Shown here: in pieces, positions 38,679 through 49,316 of the stretch | Numbering within the stretch: position 1 is the first letter of the stretch | How the letters are laid out: the number at the start of each line of letters is the position of its first letter | Source of the DNA: Candidatus Bathyarchaeia archaeon | Lineage (GTDB): Archaea > Thermoproteota > Bathyarchaeia > TCS64 | Length of the DNA stretch: 64,000 bases | Reading direction: 5' to 3' | Assembly: GCA_050014495.1 (NCBI GenBank) | Contig: JBEKDF010000007.1 | Span: 1 to 64,000 of the forward strand | Translations under genes and position numbers: made by a program | Notes under the pieces: generated by a model | Seen by the model: only the letters and a program-made list of their open reading frames with translations | What the model was told of the DNA's origin: nothing | Databases searched by the model: none

Positions 38679-39020
38679 TTGATCAGCTCAAAGATCAGGA
38701 TCAAGGTCCAGTCCGTCAAGTCGGTGAAGGACATGGAGGGGAGGGAGTGCTTCCAGATCGACTTCGTGGAGGTCAGGCAGCGCCCACCGATGATGATGAT
38801 GACTAACCCCGATGTCCCCGAGGAGATAGGGCAGATGGTTATGCAGGTCACTAAGAGCTTCCAGAGCGTAATGCCCGGCATGGGGAAGGACTATGAGCAG
38901 ATGAAGCTCACACTTGTCCTGACTGGGGAGGAGCTCGAGAGCTTCCGTCTCAAGCCCTACCCGAATATTCTCTATGAGTTAACGATAACCGATGGTTCTC
39001 TTAGCTTCGCTGAGGAGTAA
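38679..39020 (+). CDS. Arcadin-1 homologue
   Basis: 113 aa; V.S...V.D..G....IDFVE....P, helix, KLTL.LT.EE.E.F...YEL.I.DG pattern matches Pyrobaculum arcadin-1 as recalled. Confidence 0.7.
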   Translation: MISSKIRIKVQSVKSVKDMEGRECFQIDFVEVRQRPPMMMMTNPDVPEEIGQMVMQVTKSFQSVMPGMGKDYEQMKLTLVLTGEELESFRLKPYPNILYELTITDGSLSFAEE

Positions 39021-39072
39021 CTGGGGAACGGGTTAAATTTAGCCCCGCTCGATTCTCATCAAGTGATTCAGC

Positions 39073-39414
39073 TTGTCCTTGGATGACCTACAGTATGTTG
39101 ACTGGGACAGTCGGGTTATGAAGTCTGAGAAGCCGGTCATAGTTGAGTTCTGGCACCAGTCATGCCCCACCTGCAAGAAGATTGAACCCGTTGTGCAGGG
39201 GCTTCCACAGAAGCTGGGTGACAGGGCGAAGCTGCTCCGATTCAACGTCATGGAGAACAGGGAGGCGCGTCGCTTCGCCATAGACAAGGGGGTCATTGGG
39301 ACACCCACTTTCAAGATCTACTGCAAGGGAATCGAAAAGGAGGAGGTCGTTGGTCTGGAGACCACCGCGAACCTCCTCGAGACCATCGAGAACATCATCA
39401 AGGACTGCCAATGA
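39073..39414 (+). CDS. Thioredoxin
   Basis: PVIVEFW..CPTC and GTPTF. Confidence 0.92.
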   Translation: MSLDDLQYVDWDSRVMKSEKPVIVEFWHQSCPTCKKIEPVVQGLPQKLGDRAKLLRFNVMENREARRFAIDKGVIGTPTFKIYCKGIEKEEVVGLETTANLLETIENIIKDCQ

Positions 39415-39427
39415 GGCTATACCTCAC

Positions 39428-40345
39428 TTGTACGATGTAATAATTTTGGGCTCGGGGCCAAGCGGCTTAACAGCCGCCATATACGCAGCTCGAGCTAAAC
39501 TAAAAACGCTCGTTTTAATCGGTCCAATGGTTGGAGGCCAAATAGCTCTGACCCACCAGGTCGACAACTACCCTGGATTCCCCGATGGACTCACAGGACC
39601 TGAGCTGACGGATAGATTCAAGGCCCACGCGGAGAAGTTTGGGGCAGAGTTCCTCGACGCCGAGGCAACTGGAGTCGATTTCGGTTCCTCGCCATACAAG
39701 GTGTGGGTCGGCGAGAAGCTCCTCGAAGCGAGTTCGATCATTTTAGCGACTGGGATGACTCATAAGAGACTTGGGGTCCCTGGGGAAGACCGTCTATTCG
39801 GCAGGGGGGTCTTCGTCTGCGCGACCTGCGACGCGTTGCTATACGAGGATAAGAAGGCTGTTGTAGTCGGTGGAGGCGACTCCGCTGTTCAGGAGGCGAT
39901 AGATCTGGCGAAGTTCGCGTCTGAGGTGACAATCGTCCACAGGAGAGATGAGCTTCGGGCTTGCAGATGCCTCGTCGACAAGGCGGTGAGTGAGCCAAAG
40001 ATAAAGTTCCTCTACAGCACAGTTGTTGAGGAGATCATTGGGGAGAAACGTGTACAACAGGTGAAGCTCAGGGACCTCAAGACGGGGGCGATTAGCGTCA
40101 TAGCCTCGGATGGCGTCCTCCTAGCCATTGGATGGGACCCTAATACCGGGATATATAGAGGACAGTTGGATATGGATGAGTCTGGGTACCTCGAGACATT
40201 CGGGGTCAAAACCAAGAAGCCGGGCGTATTCGTCGCTGGGGATCTCATGGATAAGGACTACCGTCAGGTGGTGACGAGTTGCGGCAGTGGCTGCGCTGCA
40301 GCCCTCGAAGCTTCTCACTGGCTCGAGGTTCAGCATAATCTTTGA
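39428..40345 (+). CDS. trxB: Thioredoxin reductase
   Basis: GSGPSG, NYPGF, CATCD, GGGDSA, HRRD, AGD. Start inferred at TTG 39428. Confidence 0.94.
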   Translation: MYDVIILGSGPSGLTAAIYAARAKLKTLVLIGPMVGGQIALTHQVDNYPGFPDGLTGPELTDRFKAHAEKFGAEFLDAEATGVDFGSSPYKVWVGEKLLEASSIILATGMTHKRLGVPGEDRLFGRGVFVCATCDALLYEDKKAVVVGGGDSAVQEAIDLAKFASEVTIVHRRDELRACRCLVDKAVSEPKIKFLYSTVVEEIIGEKRVQQVKLRDLKTGAISVIASDGVLLAIGWDPNTGIYRGQLDMDESGYLETFGVKTKKPGVFVAGDLMDKDYRQVVTSCGSGCAAALEASHWLEVQHNL

Positions 40346-40383
40346 GGTGTTTAGTTCATGGTGCCCATCCTGAGCCAACGGAG

Positions 40384-41298
40384 TTGGCAGAGTTGAAGGT
40401 TGTCTTCCTCGGGACAAGCGGGAGCATGCCATCGCCCGAGAGGAATTCGTCGTGTGTCGCCGTGAAGATTGGGAGGGGTGTCATCCTTCTAGACTGCGGA
40501 GAGGGGAGCCAGCGTCAGATGGTCGTCGCACACTTAGGCTTCAGCAGGGTTAAGCAGATATTCATAACTCACCTCCATGGCGACCACGTCCTTGGGGTCC
40601 CCGGCCTGCTTCAGTCGATGAATCTCCAGAGGAGGGAGGAGCACCTCGACATATATGGCCCCAGGGGGACCTACGCCTTCCTGCAGGGGTTCTCCGATAC
40701 TCTTGGTGGCCCCGCTTTTCCAATAACCGTCCATGAGATAGTTGAACCCGGGGTAGTGCACGAGGGGCATTCCTATAGTGTTGAGGCCTGCAGGGGTGAT
40801 CATAGACTCGAGTCTTGGGTCTACTCCATAATTGAGAAACCGAGGCCTGGCAAGTTTCACCCGGAGAAGGCTCAGACTCTCGGTGTTCCTAAGGGGGGAC
40901 TCTGGAAGCGGCTCCAGGACGGGGAGGACGTCGAGGTTGCTGGGAAGATCATTAAGTCGCTGGATGTGGCCGATGCTCCCCGATATGGGAGGGTCATAGT
41001 ATACACCGGGGATACGAGGCCGAGTGAGGAGGTTGTGAGGCTTGCCTCTGGTGCGGATCTGTTGATACATGAGGCCACGTTCGCTGATGACTTGGTTGAG
41101 CGTGCTAAGCTGGATGGGCACTCGACGCCTAGCCAAGCTGCGGGCGTCGCATCGAGGGCGGGGGTAAAGAGACTGATTCTGACGCACATCAGTAGCCGAT
41201 ACGGAGACGTCGCTCCTCTGCTTGAGGCGGCGGTGAAGGTATTCCCAGAGACCACTGTGGCGAGCGACTTCCTTGAGGTTGATGTACCCCGCGCATAA
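40384..41298 (+). CDS. rnz: Ribonuclease Z
   Basis: FLGTS, DCGEG, THLHGDH, exosite, GDTRP, HEATF, HST, THIS.RY. Confidence 0.95.
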   Translation: MAELKVVFLGTSGSMPSPERNSSCVAVKIGRGVILLDCGEGSQRQMVVAHLGFSRVKQIFITHLHGDHVLGVPGLLQSMNLQRREEHLDIYGPRGTYAFLQGFSDTLGGPAFPITVHEIVEPGVVHEGHSYSVEACRGDHRLESWVYSIIEKPRPGKFHPEKAQTLGVPKGGLWKRLQDGEDVEVAGKIIKSLDVADAPRYGRVIVYTGDTRPSEEVVRLASGADLLIHEATFADDLVERAKLDGHSTPSQAAGVASRAGVKRLILTHISSRYGDVAPLLEAAVKVFPETTVASDFLEVDVPRA

Positions 41299-41343
41299 CC
41301 CTTTTATTTGTTCCTTCCTTCGGAAACTCGAAGGTTAGTTCTC

Positions 41344-42519
41344 ATGACGCAGCTTAGGGAGGGCATTCACTGGGTTGGTGCCGTGGATTGGAGTGCGCGT
41401 AACTTCCATGGTTACATCATGCATAGGGGGACCACATACAATTCCTACCTCGTCGTCGATGATAAGGTGGCGCTCATCGACTTCGTGAAGGCTCCATTCG
41501 CTGAGGAGCAGGTGTTGAGGGTCAGTGAGGTCATCGACCCTAAGAAGGTGAACTACATCGTGGCGAATCACGCTGAGCCGGATCACTCGGGGAGCATCAG
41601 GAGGCTCTTGGAGGCTTGCCCGAATGCGGAGCTCGTGGCGACTGAGCGCTGCATCAACATCCTTAGGAAGTATTATGGGGAGGACATCAAGGCGACGCCC
41701 ATCGAGAAACTACCGACCATCAAGCTAGGGCGGAGGAGCCTTGCATTCGTGCCCGTCCCGATGGCTCACTGGCCCGACTCTATGGTCAGCTACATGCCTG
41801 AGGAGAAGCTTCTCTTTAGCAACGATGCCTTCGGGCAGCACCTCGCCTCAAGCGGTCGCTTCGACGACGAGGTCGATGAGGCGGAGCTCATGCAGGAGGC
41901 AACTCTCTATTATGCTAACATCCTGATGCCCCTCTGGAGGAGCGTCTCTCAGGCCCTCAAGAAGCTTGAGGGCGTGAAGATTGAGATGATTGCTCCGAGC
42001 CACGGTGTGGTCTGGAGGAAGGATCCCGGGAAGATTCTGAGCACATATCAAAGGTGGGTCTCGGGGGCGAGTAAGAAACGGGCTGTAGTAGTCTATGATA
42101 CGATGTGGGGAAGTACACAGGTCCTCGCGAGGGCGATAGCTGATGGTGTAGCATCGAAGGGGGTGGAGGTTAGGGTTCATTGCCTTGGGGCAAGCGTGAA
42201 TAGTGACGTCATCGCGGACATCCTCGAGGCGAAGGCCATTGTAGTTGGCTCCCCGACGCTAAACAATTACGTCTTCCCAACCGTCGCATCTTTCCTCGCC
42301 TACATGCGTGGGTTGAAACCGGCTAACAAGATCGGGGCAGCCTTCGGGAGTTACGGGTGGGCTGGTGGTGCGAAGAAGGTTGTGGAGACCGAGATGCAGG
42401 CGACTGGGATCCAGATGGTTGAGAGTGGCATAGACTTCATCTTCAGGCCGAATGGAGATGAGACAAAGCGTGCGTATGCCTTCGGTCAGGTTATTGGTGA
42501 TAAGATCTTAGGGAGTTGA
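41344..42519 (+). CDS. fprA: FprA-type flavodiiron protein
   Basis: GTTYNSY, HAEPDHSG, HWPDS, DAFGQH, flavodoxin domain FGSYGW. Confidence 0.94.
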   Translation: MTQLREGIHWVGAVDWSARNFHGYIMHRGTTYNSYLVVDDKVALIDFVKAPFAEEQVLRVSEVIDPKKVNYIVANHAEPDHSGSIRRLLEACPNAELVATERCINILRKYYGEDIKATPIEKLPTIKLGRRSLAFVPVPMAHWPDSMVSYMPEEKLLFSNDAFGQHLASSGRFDDEVDEAELMQEATLYYANILMPLWRSVSQALKKLEGVKIEMIAPSHGVVWRKDPGKILSTYQRWVSGASKKRAVVVYDTMWGSTQVLARAIADGVASKGVEVRVHCLGASVNSDVIADILEAKAIVVGSPTLNNYVFPTVASFLAYMRGLKPANKIGAAFGSYGWAGGAKKVVETEMQATGIQMVESGIDFIFRPNGDETKRAYAFGQVIGDKILGS

Positions 42520-43445
42520 TTACAAAGATGTCATACTGTGAGAAGTGCGGCAAAAAGCTAGAGGAAGACGCACGTTACTGCTCCTACTGTGGAGCCCCAA
42601 CAGGTGAAGCCCCGCTTCCCGAACAGGTAGCAACAGGGGAAGCTCAGCCTCCCGAACAGCTCCCAATCGTAGAGGCGCCCAAGCCATCTAAAAGCACACG
42701 AATCGCACTCGTACTGATTTTTCTGATCGCCATCGCCGCGGGCACGTTCATTGTATATCAATATCGCCCACATATGTTTACACCTCAACCAACTCAGACA
42801 GTGATGGGTGTAGATTGGTCGGGGTACTCAGTTGCCTCGTCACTAAAGAACCCTCAAGCCATAGTGACGGGGGTTTCGGGATCATGGGTTGTCCCAAGCC
42901 TCACAGTCACCCCCGGGTCCTCGTACTCAGCATCATGGATCGGTATAGGTGGCCAATTCGATCAATCACTCATCCAGACAGGAACTGAATACGACGTTAC
43001 AAACGGCAAGGCAGCCTACTCCACATGGTTTGAGTTATTGCCAGCTAATCCGGTATATCTCACAATGAGCGTCTCACCGGGAGACACGATGACGGCCTCA
43101 ATAAAACTCCAGGACGCACCAACTAGTACATGGTCGATCAGTCTCCAGGATACCACGAATGGGCAATCCTATCAGACAAGTGTACAGTACATCTCCTCGA
43201 TGAATAGTGCGGAATGGATAGTTGAGCGGCCATCAATTGGAAGACGCATAGGCCAGCTATCCGACTTCGGATCGGTTACATTTACGAACTGTAATGTGAT
43301 TATCGGAAGTAAGACAGGCAGCTTACTCGATTTTCCTTCGAGCGATTTCATCATGAATGGTCGCCAGAACAATCCACTCGTGACCGTCTCGACACCATCT
43401 ACTGATGGGTCATCTTTCACCGTCACCTTCGATGCAGCAAGCTGA
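42516..43445 (+). CDS. Zinc-ribbon/TM/G1 glutamic endopeptidase
   Basis: CEKCG...CSYCG, TM helix, WSGY, WIGIGG, LIQTG, SAEWIVE. Confidence 0.88.
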   Translation: MITKMSYCEKCGKKLEEDARYCSYCGAPTGEAPLPEQVATGEAQPPEQLPIVEAPKPSKSTRIALVLIFLIAIAAGTFIVYQYRPHMFTPQPTQTVMGVDWSGYSVASSLKNPQAIVTGVSGSWVVPSLTVTPGSSYSASWIGIGGQFDQSLIQTGTEYDVTNGKAAYSTWFELLPANPVYLTMSVSPGDTMTASIKLQDAPTSTWSISLQDTTNGQSYQTSVQYISSMNSAEWIVERPSIGRRIGQLSDFGSVTFTNCNVIIGSKTGSLLDFPSSDFIMNGRQNNPLVTVSTPSTDGSSFTVTFDAAS

Positions 43446-43530
43446 CTCTAGTATTCACTCGAGTACCAGTATATTGTTTAGGTCATTTTGGTCTGTGAGT
43501 GCGAGTGCTGAACCTTTTATGCGGTGCATG

Positions 43531-43944
43531 TCAAGTTTGGTCGGATTCAAAAAGTTCTATTAACTCTCCGTCAGGGCCCCTGAAGAATGCGATACGGATC
43601 TGCATCGGTGGATCACTGGATAATGTGACATCTCTGGGCTCAACAGTGACTTCAGCTCCTGCATTTCTCGCAAGTTCGATAGCTGATTTACAGTCATCTA
43701 CCCTCAAAGCTAGATGACGAAAAACACCCTCCGTGTATGATTGAATGGAGTCTCTTTGAGAGATTTCGAAGTAGTTTCCATCACCCGTATCCATGAGGAG
43801 GGTCCTTTTTGGTTCCTTACCCCATGAGAATCGTTCTGTAAAGCCAAGTCTCTCGTAGAACTTTCTTGATTTATCCAATTCCTTTACACTCAGGGAGGCG
43901 TGATGAAAACCACAACCCTTGATCTTTCTATTTATGCCAGACAT
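43531..43944 (-). CDS. VOC/glyoxalase family protein
   Basis: HHASL, HLALRVDD, FFRGPDGELIEL. Confidence 0.92.
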   Translation of the reverse strand: MSGINRKIKGCGFHHASLSVKELDKSRKFYERLGFTERFSWGKEPKRTLLMDTGDGNYFEISQRDSIQSYTEGVFRHLALRVDDCKSAIELARNAGAEVTVEPRDVTLSSDPPMQIRIAFFRGPDGELIELFESDQT

Positions 43945-44001
43945 CTACTCTCTTCAATGATATTCGTGGAATTATTAAAAATATGCATACATGTTACGCG
44001 C

Positions 44002-44097
44002 GCACACCTCGGGATCACTTGCGAATGCGTGTACTCCTTCATAGTCTTCAAGAGTAAACTCTCTGAGCGTGAGCCGGCTTGTTTGAATTTGCACCAT
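44002..44097 (-). pseudogene. RimJ/RimL GNAT N-terminal remnant
   Basis: MVQIQTSRLTLREFTLEDYEGVHAFASDPEVC, then cut at tract 43995-44007. Confidence 0.8.
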
Positions 44098-44230
44098 CTA
44101 AGGTCTCCGATTCAGGTTAAGGCAGTGATTTTAAATGTATTTCACGCTTGTGTAGGATTTATTTTATTCACACTCAGTGTTTGTGATTACTACAAACAAC
44201 ACAAATTCCTGAAAAGCAATAACTCTAGCA

Positions 44231-45079
44231 ATGATACTTATCACTGGCGGCGCAGGGCGTTTAGGATTTGAGGTTGTAAAACTGCTTGTTGCACAAGGTG
44301 AAAAAGTTCGAGTATTTGATCTTCCCAACATCAACTGGTCACACCTTGAGGCACTAAGCAGTGTAACTACATTCAAGGGTGACATAACCAACTCTGATCA
44401 TGTTCATCACGCATGCGAGGGTGCTAGGGGGGTCATACATTTGGCAGCCCTTATGCCGCCTAGAAGCGAAGCCGATGAAAGTCTTACGCATATGGTAAAT
44501 GTAGTCGGCACCATTAACCTGCTTAAAAATATTGAGAAGGGGACTCCGGTAGTATTCTCCTCCTCAATCTCCGTTTATGGTGTAACCCCAGGGGAAAGGA
44601 AGCCAATCGATGAACTTCATAGTCTTACTCCCCATGATAGCTATTCGAAAACGAAGATCCTCGGGGAAAAGATCGTCTCTAAATCTGGTAATCCGTATAC
44701 GATTTTGAGAATATCACCAATAGCGGTTGCGGACCTAGTGGAGCTACCAAGCATCATACCCTATAGGGCGGATCAGAGAGTGGAGTTCATCTTTGTAGAG
44801 GACGCTGCTCGAGCAATAGTTGGAGCCTTACAGCTGGTTGGTGAGAAGGAGACCTTCAATGTGGCTGGGGGGGATTCCTGGCAGATGCTTGGACATCAAT
44901 ATATAGAGGGTTTCTATGAAGCGCTTGGAGTGGAAGTTGACCCCAAATATTCCGAAGAATTCACGGCGGTTCACTGGTATGATACTAGTAAAGGCAGACG
45001 CATCAAATACCAAAGCACATCGTTTGAATTGTTTGAGGAAAGATTGAAGGCAATAGGGGATGAATACGGGTTAAGGTGA
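44231..45079 (+). CDS. NAD-dependent epimerase/dehydratase
   Basis: TGGAGRLG, HLAA, SSISVYG, YSKTK. Confidence 0.92.
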   Translation: MILITGGAGRLGFEVVKLLVAQGEKVRVFDLPNINWSHLEALSSVTTFKGDITNSDHVHHACEGARGVIHLAALMPPRSEADESLTHMVNVVGTINLLKNIEKGTPVVFSSSISVYGVTPGERKPIDELHSLTPHDSYSKTKILGEKIVSKSGNPYTILRISPIAVADLVELPSIIPYRADQRVEFIFVEDAARAIVGALQLVGEKETFNVAGGDSWQMLGHQYIEGFYEALGVEVDPKYSEEFTAVHWYDTSKGRRIKYQSTSFELFEERLKAIGDEYGLR

Positions 45080-45083
45080 TGCC

Positions 45084-45401
45084 ATGAGCGCGAGGCTTCC
45101 AGTGATTAAGGAGAAGTTAGCGAGCATAAGATCCAAACTCAATGTTGACTACACTACGGGTTACCGGCTTCGACTCGATAAGGTATCGAATATCGTTGTG
45201 GAAAACGAGTCGAAGATTTGGCTAAGGACAAGGGTAGGTGAGCCTATGTTGAAGGAACTTCAGGATTCGATCGAGAAAGCGTACGATATTCTCGACGGCG
45301 AGGGAGTGCCAGTGGGATTTGAGATGTTGCTAAGGGATATTGAAGCGAAGGCATCAAAGATAGACGAGGAGAGCCGTCGACGCGACATGGTTGTAACGTA
45401 G
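45084..45401 (+). CDS. Hypothetical protein
   Basis: 105-aa ORF with a GGTGA RBS, likely co-transcribed with the epimerase. Confidence 0.7.
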   Translation: MSARLPVIKEKLASIRSKLNVDYTTGYRLRLDKVSNIVVENESKIWLRTRVGEPMLKELQDSIEKAYDILDGEGVPVGFEMLLRDIEAKASKIDEESRRRDMVVT

Positions 45402-45626
45402 CTGAGAGCGAAATCATGCTCGGTTTCGAGCAGATAGTAGGTCCGACTGGCTTGACGCGTGCGTACAGTGGCGAAGCTAACAACATACTTCGAATCAATA
45501 ATGACACGCTTCTAGATTCTCCCTCGGCCCATTTTTTTATCATTCGAGTGAGGTTCCAGTTTTTACTTAGTTGTGTTTTAAATATCATTGAAGCCGACTC
45601 ATAATCGATGCTTCTGGTGGCTAAAG

Positions 45627-46964
45627 ATGAAAAGTAAAGTTTACTTCATGGATGACCGCTACAAGGGGCTGTCATCAAGTATCCCCGCGAAGGCGATGCA
45701 GTTGTTCGACCACGCAGGTCTCGGGGATTGCTTCAAACCCGGGGAGTCGGTGGCGATAAAGTGTCACATGGGGGAGTGGTTCAACACTGGATACCTTCGA
45801 CCCATACTGATCAGGGTGATCGTTGACAAGGTGAAGGAGCTTGGTGGCAGACCTTTCGTAACCGACACAACGACAGCACCATACTACTTTTATGGAGCCC
45901 GTTGCACAGCCGACCTCTACCTCGAGACCGCCGCACGTAACGGGTTCACTGCTGAGACGATGGGGTGCCCAATTGTGATAAGCGATGGTATGTATGGGAC
46001 AGACGATGTCAAGATCGATTTACCCGATGGTCTGCTACTTAAGGAGGGGTATCTCGCTAGGGGGATCGCGGACGCAGACTCCGTCATAGTGGTTAGCCAC
46101 TTCAAGGGTCACGGAAACGGCGTTTATGGAGGCAGCATTAAGAATGTTGCGATAGGATGCAGTTCGAAGAGGGGCAAGTTCAACATCCACCTGTGTACAC
46201 ACCAGTCTGTGGGTTGGAACAAGTGGAGTTTTAACGGGGAGAACTGCATTGGTGAGGAATGCCCGAGTCATGTTGTATGTGATAACCTGTGCCCGGTAGG
46301 CGCACTCAAGATTGAGAAGGATAGGGCGGTCTACGATGGATCCAAGTGTATCGGATGCTTTGGCCACCAGAGGCCATTTTTCAGATGTGATCTTTGGGGT
46401 AGGGAAAAGTACGCAGATTGGAGCAACTGGTTCCTGGTAGCGATGGCCGATGCAGCTGCCGGATATCTACGTCACATTGGGAGGGATAGCGTCGGTTACC
46501 TCACCTACGCTCTCGATTTAACCCCAGCTTGTGACTGTGTCCCAGGCACTGATAGGGTGGTTTTACCAAACCTCGGGGTCTTCGCCTCTCGGGATATGGT
46601 GGCGATCGATGTTGCGGCTCTTGATATGTCAGTACAGGCACGTGGAATCCCTGGCTCGGTCGCTGAGGAGAAGGGTGTGATGGAGCCCGGTCAGGAGAAG
46701 TTCACGGTAATAAACGGGATGAGTCAGTGGATTACTCCGAACGCATGCAGCTTACTTGGCGTCGGCTCGAAGGACTATGAGCTGGTTGTGCCTCCCACTT
46801 CCGATGACGAGTCAGCCTTCAGTCACCCCCTTCTCAAGCCTGAACACCCTTCAGGTCGATGGCTAGGCGAGGCCATGACCCGCTTCGGGGGATGGACCCC
46901 TTCGGGGGGTTTCAAATACAATGATGTCTTGAAGGTATCCATTGAGGAGCTCAGTAAGAGGTAA
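45627..46964 (+). CDS. DUF362 domain Fe-S protein
   Basis: K.HMGE, HFKGH, GGSIKN..IGC, ferredoxin Cys, CDC, D.VAID. Confidence 0.9.
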   Translation: MKSKVYFMDDRYKGLSSSIPAKAMQLFDHAGLGDCFKPGESVAIKCHMGEWFNTGYLRPILIRVIVDKVKELGGRPFVTDTTTAPYYFYGARCTADLYLETAARNGFTAETMGCPIVISDGMYGTDDVKIDLPDGLLLKEGYLARGIADADSVIVVSHFKGHGNGVYGGSIKNVAIGCSSKRGKFNIHLCTHQSVGWNKWSFNGENCIGEECPSHVVCDNLCPVGALKIEKDRAVYDGSKCIGCFGHQRPFFRCDLWGREKYADWSNWFLVAMADAAAGYLRHIGRDSVGYLTYALDLTPACDCVPGTDRVVLPNLGVFASRDMVAIDVAALDMSVQARGIPGSVAEEKGVMEPGQEKFTVINGMSQWITPNACSLLGVGSKDYELVVPPTSDDESAFSHPLLKPEHPSGRWLGEAMTRFGGWTPSGGFKYNDVLKVSIEELSKR

Positions 46965-47029
46965 TTTGTTGAGACTTAGTGGGCAAAAATTAATAATTAA
47001 GGTGTTATCCATTTTAGAAATGATTTAGG

Positions 47030-48679
47030 TTAAAAGTTTGCACGCCTGAGAACCTTTCCACCCAGAGCTCCGCTGTGTTTATTCTCGTCTACGACCACTG
47101 CCCCATTGACCAGAACCTTGCTGATCCCACTCGGGTAAGCCCTCGGCTTCTGCCAGGTGGAGTTGTCCCTGATCTTATCCAGGCTCCATACCATTATGTC
47201 AGCCCACATCCCCGGCCTGATGAGGCCCCTATCCATGAGTCGCATTCTCTGAGCTGGTAAACCAGTACACTTCCTCACGGCTTCCTCTAATCCGAGGGCG
47301 TGCTTCTCAGCCACCCATTTGTTGAAGAAGTAGGGGAACTGTCCGAAGGCTCTCGTGGTCTCCTCACCAACAGGTAAATCGGAGAGGGGGCCCTCGAGGG
47401 AGTTGTTGGATGAATCTATGGCTATTGAGCTGAGGGGATGTAGTAGGCTGAACTCCGTGTCCCAGAGGCTCGTTATCCCGACTGCACCCCAAACCCGGTT
47501 GAGCCCATCCCCCTCCGCCGCCAATATGTCGATCAAGGTATCGAATGGATCCTTCCTGGCGAGTTTACCTATCTCTCTCATATTCAATCCGTTGTACTGT
47601 GGGCTCTTCTCGCAGTGTGCTAGCAGGACTCTATCCCAGGAGTCGAAGAGCCCACGCTTCGCAGCCAGTATCGGGCCATACTGTCTGTTATGCAGGTCGG
47701 TTCTCAGATACTCAACCACCTCTGGGTTCCTAAGCATCTCGGCGGTGATTATCTTCCCCTTTAGAGTGTATCTCGACCCCGAGGTAATTGGGTCGATCAT
47801 TTGGCAGCCGCACCATCCTACGCCTTCCTCATCCATCGTCCAGGGGACTTGGTTGATGCCTATGTCGACTCCCCTATGTCTTGCAGCCACGACCATGTCC
47901 ACGATGAGTTTGGTTTTGCCATCTGATGGGAACCTAGCGCCCCAGTGCACCCCCTCCACCGAGGCCCCTGACCTCTCGCCGATCTCAATTGCCTCACGAG
48001 CCGCGGCCTCCACCTGCTCATCCCTGCTCCGGATGTGTGTGACGTAGAATCCCCCTTTCTCAGCTACGACTTTGCTTAGCTCGATGAGGTCTCTAGTGGT
48101 GGTCATTGTCTGAGGGGGGTACTCTAGGCCCGAGGATAGTCCCAGGCTTCCCTCCCTCATGGATTGCTCGAGGATGACTCCCATAGCTTTGACCTCCTTT
48201 CTGCTGGGTGGTCTATCCCATGCGTCGTAGCCCATGGTCATGATCAGAAGGTTTGTGAGTCCTGTGCAGGTCGCGACGTTGATGGCGACGCCGTTCCTCT
48301 CAATTTTATCGAGGTAATCCGTCATCGACAGCCAATCGATCTTTACATTCATCATCTCCACGTAGCCTTTGAGGGCCTCCTCGTTTAGTGGTGCCGCGGA
48401 CATGCCGCAGTTGCCGTTGAGGATGGTTGTTATTCCCTGGCGGATGAAGCTGTCAACCCTGGGGTTTTCGAGTATGGAGTAATCACTGTGGCTGTGAATG
48501 TCAACTATGCCAGGGGAGATTATGAGGCCCTTGGCGTCTATCACCTCATCGGCATCATCTGTGCCGACTCTACCGACATGAGCTATCTTACCTGACTTTA
48601 TCCCCACGTCCCCGTGGAACCATGGGGAACCGGTGCCGTCAACTATGCGCCCATTCTTAATCACGACTTCGTAGTTCAT
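47030..48679 (-). CDS. D-aminoacylase (amidohydrolase family)
   Basis: IVDGTG.P, PGIVDIHSHSD, GNCG, THIR, RGLIRPG..AD. Confidence 0.9.
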   Translation of the reverse strand: MNYEVVIKNGRIVDGTGSPWFHGDVGIKSGKIAHVGRVGTDDADEVIDAKGLIISPGIVDIHSHSDYSILENPRVDSFIRQGITTILNGNCGMSAAPLNEEALKGYVEMMNVKIDWLSMTDYLDKIERNGVAINVATCTGLTNLLIMTMGYDAWDRPPSRKEVKAMGVILEQSMREGSLGLSSGLEYPPQTMTTTRDLIELSKVVAEKGGFYVTHIRSRDEQVEAAAREAIEIGERSGASVEGVHWGARFPSDGKTKLIVDMVVAARHRGVDIGINQVPWTMDEEGVGWCGCQMIDPITSGSRYTLKGKIITAEMLRNPEVVEYLRTDLHNRQYGPILAAKRGLFDSWDRVLLAHCEKSPQYNGLNMREIGKLARKDPFDTLIDILAAEGDGLNRVWGAVGITSLWDTEFSLLHPLSSIAIDSSNNSLEGPLSDLPVGEETTRAFGQFPYFFNKWVAEKHALGLEEAVRKCTGLPAQRMRLMDRGLIRPGMWADIMVWSLDKIRDNSTWQKPRAYPSGISKVLVNGAVVVDENKHSGALGGKVLRRANF

Positions 48680-48783
48680 GGCCTCGTCACCGAGAATAGG
48701 GTGAGAAACTCTCTTAATATTTGGCATACTTCAATGCTTGTGCGATCCAATCTAGTTAGAAAATTTGCTTCAATCAAGCGATT

Positions 48784-49206
48784 TCAATCTAGTATCGGTC
48801 TCTGATTACTGAAAACAATATTGACTCCGTAGTCTCGACCAGCCACATTAATTGAGAAACTATACAACTCCCCCATTGAGCTTCCAGTCTCTGGCTTCAT
48901 GTCGTAACTGGCTCTCTGCGAGAGGAAGAACACGAGCAACCTAGCCTCGAATGGATCAATACTCATCGACTTGAAAGGCATGATCCCGGGGTTCGAATCG
49001 ATATAGTCAATATAGGCCTTAACCGTCGGATATTTGGCGAGTTCTTCATGAGTTATGGGTATTACATACTCGGGGTTTGTTACATAGAGGTCTGAGCCGA
49101 ATACCCATGCCTTGGTCTCCGTGTAATTCGTGTATGCGGTGAGGGAAACAATCGCTAGAAGGATTAGACCAGTCATAAGCGCCATTTTTGTTGGGAATAC
49201 TGCCAC
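48784..49206 (-). CDS. Hypothetical membrane-anchored protein
   Basis: N-terminal hydrophobic helix; 140 aa. Confidence 0.6.
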   Translation of the reverse strand: MAVFPTKMALMTGLILLAIVSLTAYTNYTETKAWVFGSDLYVTNPEYVIPITHEELAKYPTVKAYIDYIDSNPGIMPFKSMSIDPFEARLLVFFLSQRASYDMKPETGSSMGELYSFSINVAGRDYGVNIVFSNQRPILD

Positions 49207-49316
49207 AGTTATCGATGAGAGAGTAACTTGGAATGATATAATTCTAAAGATTAGAACACCAAGAAAGCGGATTCACGCGCGAATGCTGGTAGCAATGCAT
49301 CCGCGACTAATGGACT

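Noticed and set aside
40534..41187. 217-aa minus-strand ORF (and 47355-48047 on plus)
   Set aside because: These are antisense shadows of rnz and the D-aminoacylase.
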